A stretch of 57,908 nucleotides of DNA. Source: a virus. Taxonomy: Duplodnaviria > Caudoviricetes. Where the stretch lies: IMG/VR virus record IMGVR_UViG_3300033148_002172, positions 1-57,908 of that record; one strand, 5' to 3'. The notes under the pieces were generated by a model. That model searched no databases, was not told the DNA's origin, and worked only from the letters and a program-made list of their open reading frames with translations. Position 1 is the stretch's first letter. Every line of letters starts with the position of its first letter. Shown here piece after piece: positions 56,038 through 57,908 of the stretch. Both the position numbers and the translations under genes were made by a program.

Positions 56038-56573
56038 AGTCCCCACCCTCGGAAAGCTCTCCTTACCCCTGACCAATCATCGCCTATGCAATCTACATAA
56101 GGGCATAGTACATGTCCTCGTTTGGCAGCGTGGCCTTGAAACCAGATATGTCCCAGCTCGTGTCGCAGTACAGCCATGTTCCCATCCGGTACCATTATTA
56201 GCCCAGCCTCTGGTATGTCTGGCCATACTACTGTAACAGCAAAGGCCCCTAGTATCTGAAGACGCCACTCTAAGCGCCACATATCTATTTGGATAAACCC
56301 CTTGTCGGGCATATCTCCTGCACACTTGGAGTCTACTACCGTTAGCTTCGGTGCCCCCTGTGCCTCCCATTGCGCTAAGAGCATCCTAACCTCGTCACTA
56401 GTAACCGGTGCCGTATCGCACACTTGCACTACTGGAAGAGCTGCCCACTTAGTAGGCTTAGGTAATTTAACTTTAACGCGTGCTTCATATAGCTGCTCTA
56501 CAGCAGCACATACACGGTTGGTACATCCCAGCGGCATTGCCGCTAGGATTACTAGCATGATTAATCGGAACAT
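56034..56573 (-). CDS. Putative lipoprotein zinc metallopeptidase (metzincin-like)
   Basis: MFRLIMLVILAAMPLGC signal; HELGHIWFQGH. Confidence 0.6.
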   Translation of the reverse strand: MFRLIMLVILAAMPLGCTNRVCAAVEQLYEARVKVKLPKPTKWAALPVVQVCDTAPVTSDEVRMLLAQWEAQGAPKLTVVDSKCAGDMPDKGFIQIDMWRLEWRLQILGAFAVTVVWPDIPEAGLIMVPDGNMAVLRHELGHIWFQGHAAKRGHVLCPYVDCIGDDWSGVRRAFRGWGL

Positions 56574-56619
56574 GTCTACCCCACACTAGATGCGTATCCC
56601 GTTTAGGGCCTTACGTCAA

Positions 56620-56883
56620 CTAAGTGTCAGCCGGGGGTTCTCTGTTGGGGGCGGTGTTTTTCTCCTCGATACCTTTAAATGCGTCTATTAAGGCATCGAA
56701 CCGTTCTTGTGTTATATTGGTTAGGGTACATGTCTTTGTTGTTCGATCATACATCCACGGGTCTGTAACCTCTATTAATATCTTGTCTCCTATAGACCAC
56801 TCTAGATGTAGTAGTATTTCGGCATCTATCTCTAAATAGGTGTTACCTCTTTTATTTATTTTTAAAGTGTTCAGCTTTTTCAT
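56620..56883 (-). CDS. AbrB/SpoVT-like small DNA-binding protein
   Basis: KINKRGNTYLEIDAEILLHLEWSIGDKI pattern. Confidence 0.55.
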   Translation of the reverse strand: MKKLNTLKINKRGNTYLEIDAEILLHLEWSIGDKILIEVTDPWMYDRTTKTCTLTNITQERFDALIDAFKGIEEKNTAPNREPPADT

Positions 56884-57022
56884 TTACTCTCTGTAATTGG
56901 TCAGCGTCTAAAGCCGCCACTATCAGAAGACCTGCCACTGTAGATGCTATAACACTGCCTACAACTACCCCTAGCCCGAAAAGAATATAGCCGGTAGTAA
57001 GTCTCTTTAATAGTTTTATCAT
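56852..57022 (-). CDS. Small membrane protein (56 aa)
   Basis: Manual translation MIKLLKRLTTGYILFGLGVVVGSVIASTVAGLLIVAALD...; ATGA-coupled. Confidence 0.55.
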   Translation of the reverse strand: MIKLLKRLTTGYILFGLGVVVGSVIASTVAGLLIVAALDADQLQRVNEKAEHFKNK

Positions 57023-57189
57023 AAGTCCAGCTTTAGGCGTTTAAAAAGTTCTTCTATGTTTGACAGGATATCCACCTCCAGGTTGTCGGCATAGACAACT
57101 CTTAATATCTCTGCTAATTGTTCTAAGGCTTGTATGGTCTCTGTGAGTTCTTGCCTTAGTCCATCTATAATCTCCGCATCTGAAGTCAC
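57019..57189 (-). CDS. Hypothetical coiled-coil protein
   Basis: GTGA-coupled to the phosphoesterase stop. Confidence 0.5.
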   Translation of the reverse strand: MTSDAEIIDGLRQELTETIQALEQLAEILRVVYADNLEVDILSNIEELFKRLKLDL

Positions 57190-57908
57190 TGTCCATATCT
57201 CCGTCGTAGTTCTGTAAGAGGTACAAAGGCTGGGGTGTAGGACCAATCCTTTAGATTAGTTAATACCACTATACCTCGATCATAGCTAACATTACTCATA
57301 AGACCTGCCCACTCATGAGCATGCTCGAAAGCACAACCTACTGAAGTACCTACTAGCTTTCTACCATCTGCAGAGGTCACGGTATCTGTTTTGTATAGGT
57401 GATTGTGCCCCACCACAACACTACACATGGTTTTCATAACGAGCTGCCGTCCCATATTTACGGAAGATATAGCCCTACCATTACCAGGGGAGGCAAAGTA
57501 GTGGGAGAACATAACCCTGTCTATCTTCTTAGGTGTTAGGAAGGGTACCTGCTCAAAGCCATGGCTTTCCCAACCAAGAACGTGCATACCTAGAAACCCA
57601 CTAAGGGCACCGTTGTCTCGCACCGTGCGGCTAATCCTATCCTCGTGGTTACCCAGGGTAACAAACTTTTCCTCGGCGTAGTTCCACACATCCTCAGCTA
57701 TATTCTTACGCATTAAAGCTATAGCTTTATTCCCTGCGTTTATATCATCTTGGATGAAACGTCCCCACTCATCCATGGTTCCCTTATCATAGTGTGATAA
57801 GGATTGCATATCATGCCAGTCGCCGATGGAGCAGAAAGCAAAACGCTCTCCATTCTCCATGGCGGCACGGCCTTGTCGGGTAATCTCCAAACCAAATAAA
57901 CGAGCGCG
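57186..57908 (-). CDS. Calcineurin-like metallophosphoesterase, 5' truncated
   Basis: IGDWHD, LGNHEDR, FSHY, GHNH; frame is open to the right edge. Confidence 0.85.
   Translation of the reverse strand, partial: RARLFGLEITRQGRAAMENGERFAFCSIGDWHDMQSLSHYDKGTMDEWGRFIQDDINAGNKAIALMRKNIAEDVWNYAEEKFVTLGNHEDRISRTVRDNGALSGFLGMHVLGWESHGFEQVPFLTPKKIDRVMFSHYFASPGNGRAISSVNMGRQLVMKTMCSVVVGHNHLYKTDTVTSADGRKLVGTSVGCAFEHAHEWAGLMSNVSYDRGIVVLTNLKDWSYTPAFVPLTELRRRYGQ

Noticed and set aside
1-57908. Stop-codon reassignment (TAG readthrough)
   Set aside because: Standard code gives long, tightly packed ORFs; TAG ends genes at sensible places, and the broken genes are frameshifts rather than in-frame stops
1-57908. 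Integrase, repressor, tRNA/rRNA, reverse transcriptase/DGR, phage RNA polymerase, base-modification cluster
   Set aside because: No supporting motifs recognised by eye; divergent versions cannot be fully excluded without HMM searches

Overview
This window is a near-complete dsDNA tailed-phage genome, probably podovirus-like and lytic; I see no integrase, repressor, tRNA or CRISPR array. It has two divergent arms. The minus-strand arm (19.0 kb down to 1, apparently continuing from the right edge at 57.9-55.8 kb) carries small early genes and then a replication block: primase-SF3 helicase, Cas4/RecB-like nuclease, SF2 helicase, SSB-like protein, family A DNA polymerase, RuvC-like resolvase and a metallophosphoesterase. 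The plus-strand arm (20.1-55.8 kb) carries terminase, portal, scaffold, major capsid, tail tube/nozzle-like proteins, internal virion proteins including a ~2500-aa protein with two HExxH modules, holin candidates and tail fibres. The most unusual stretch is the 17.6-20.1 kb control region. It holds two sigma54-type promoters, palindromic operators, several repeat arrays, ten TGTGACA/TGTCACA sites, an ORF-free highly structured segment, and exact long-range complementary 18-19-mers tied to shared gene leaders. Several genes, including the major capsid gene, are frameshifted by perfect tandem duplications, most likely assembly artefacts. All product calls come from motif recognition and gene order by eye; no database search was run.
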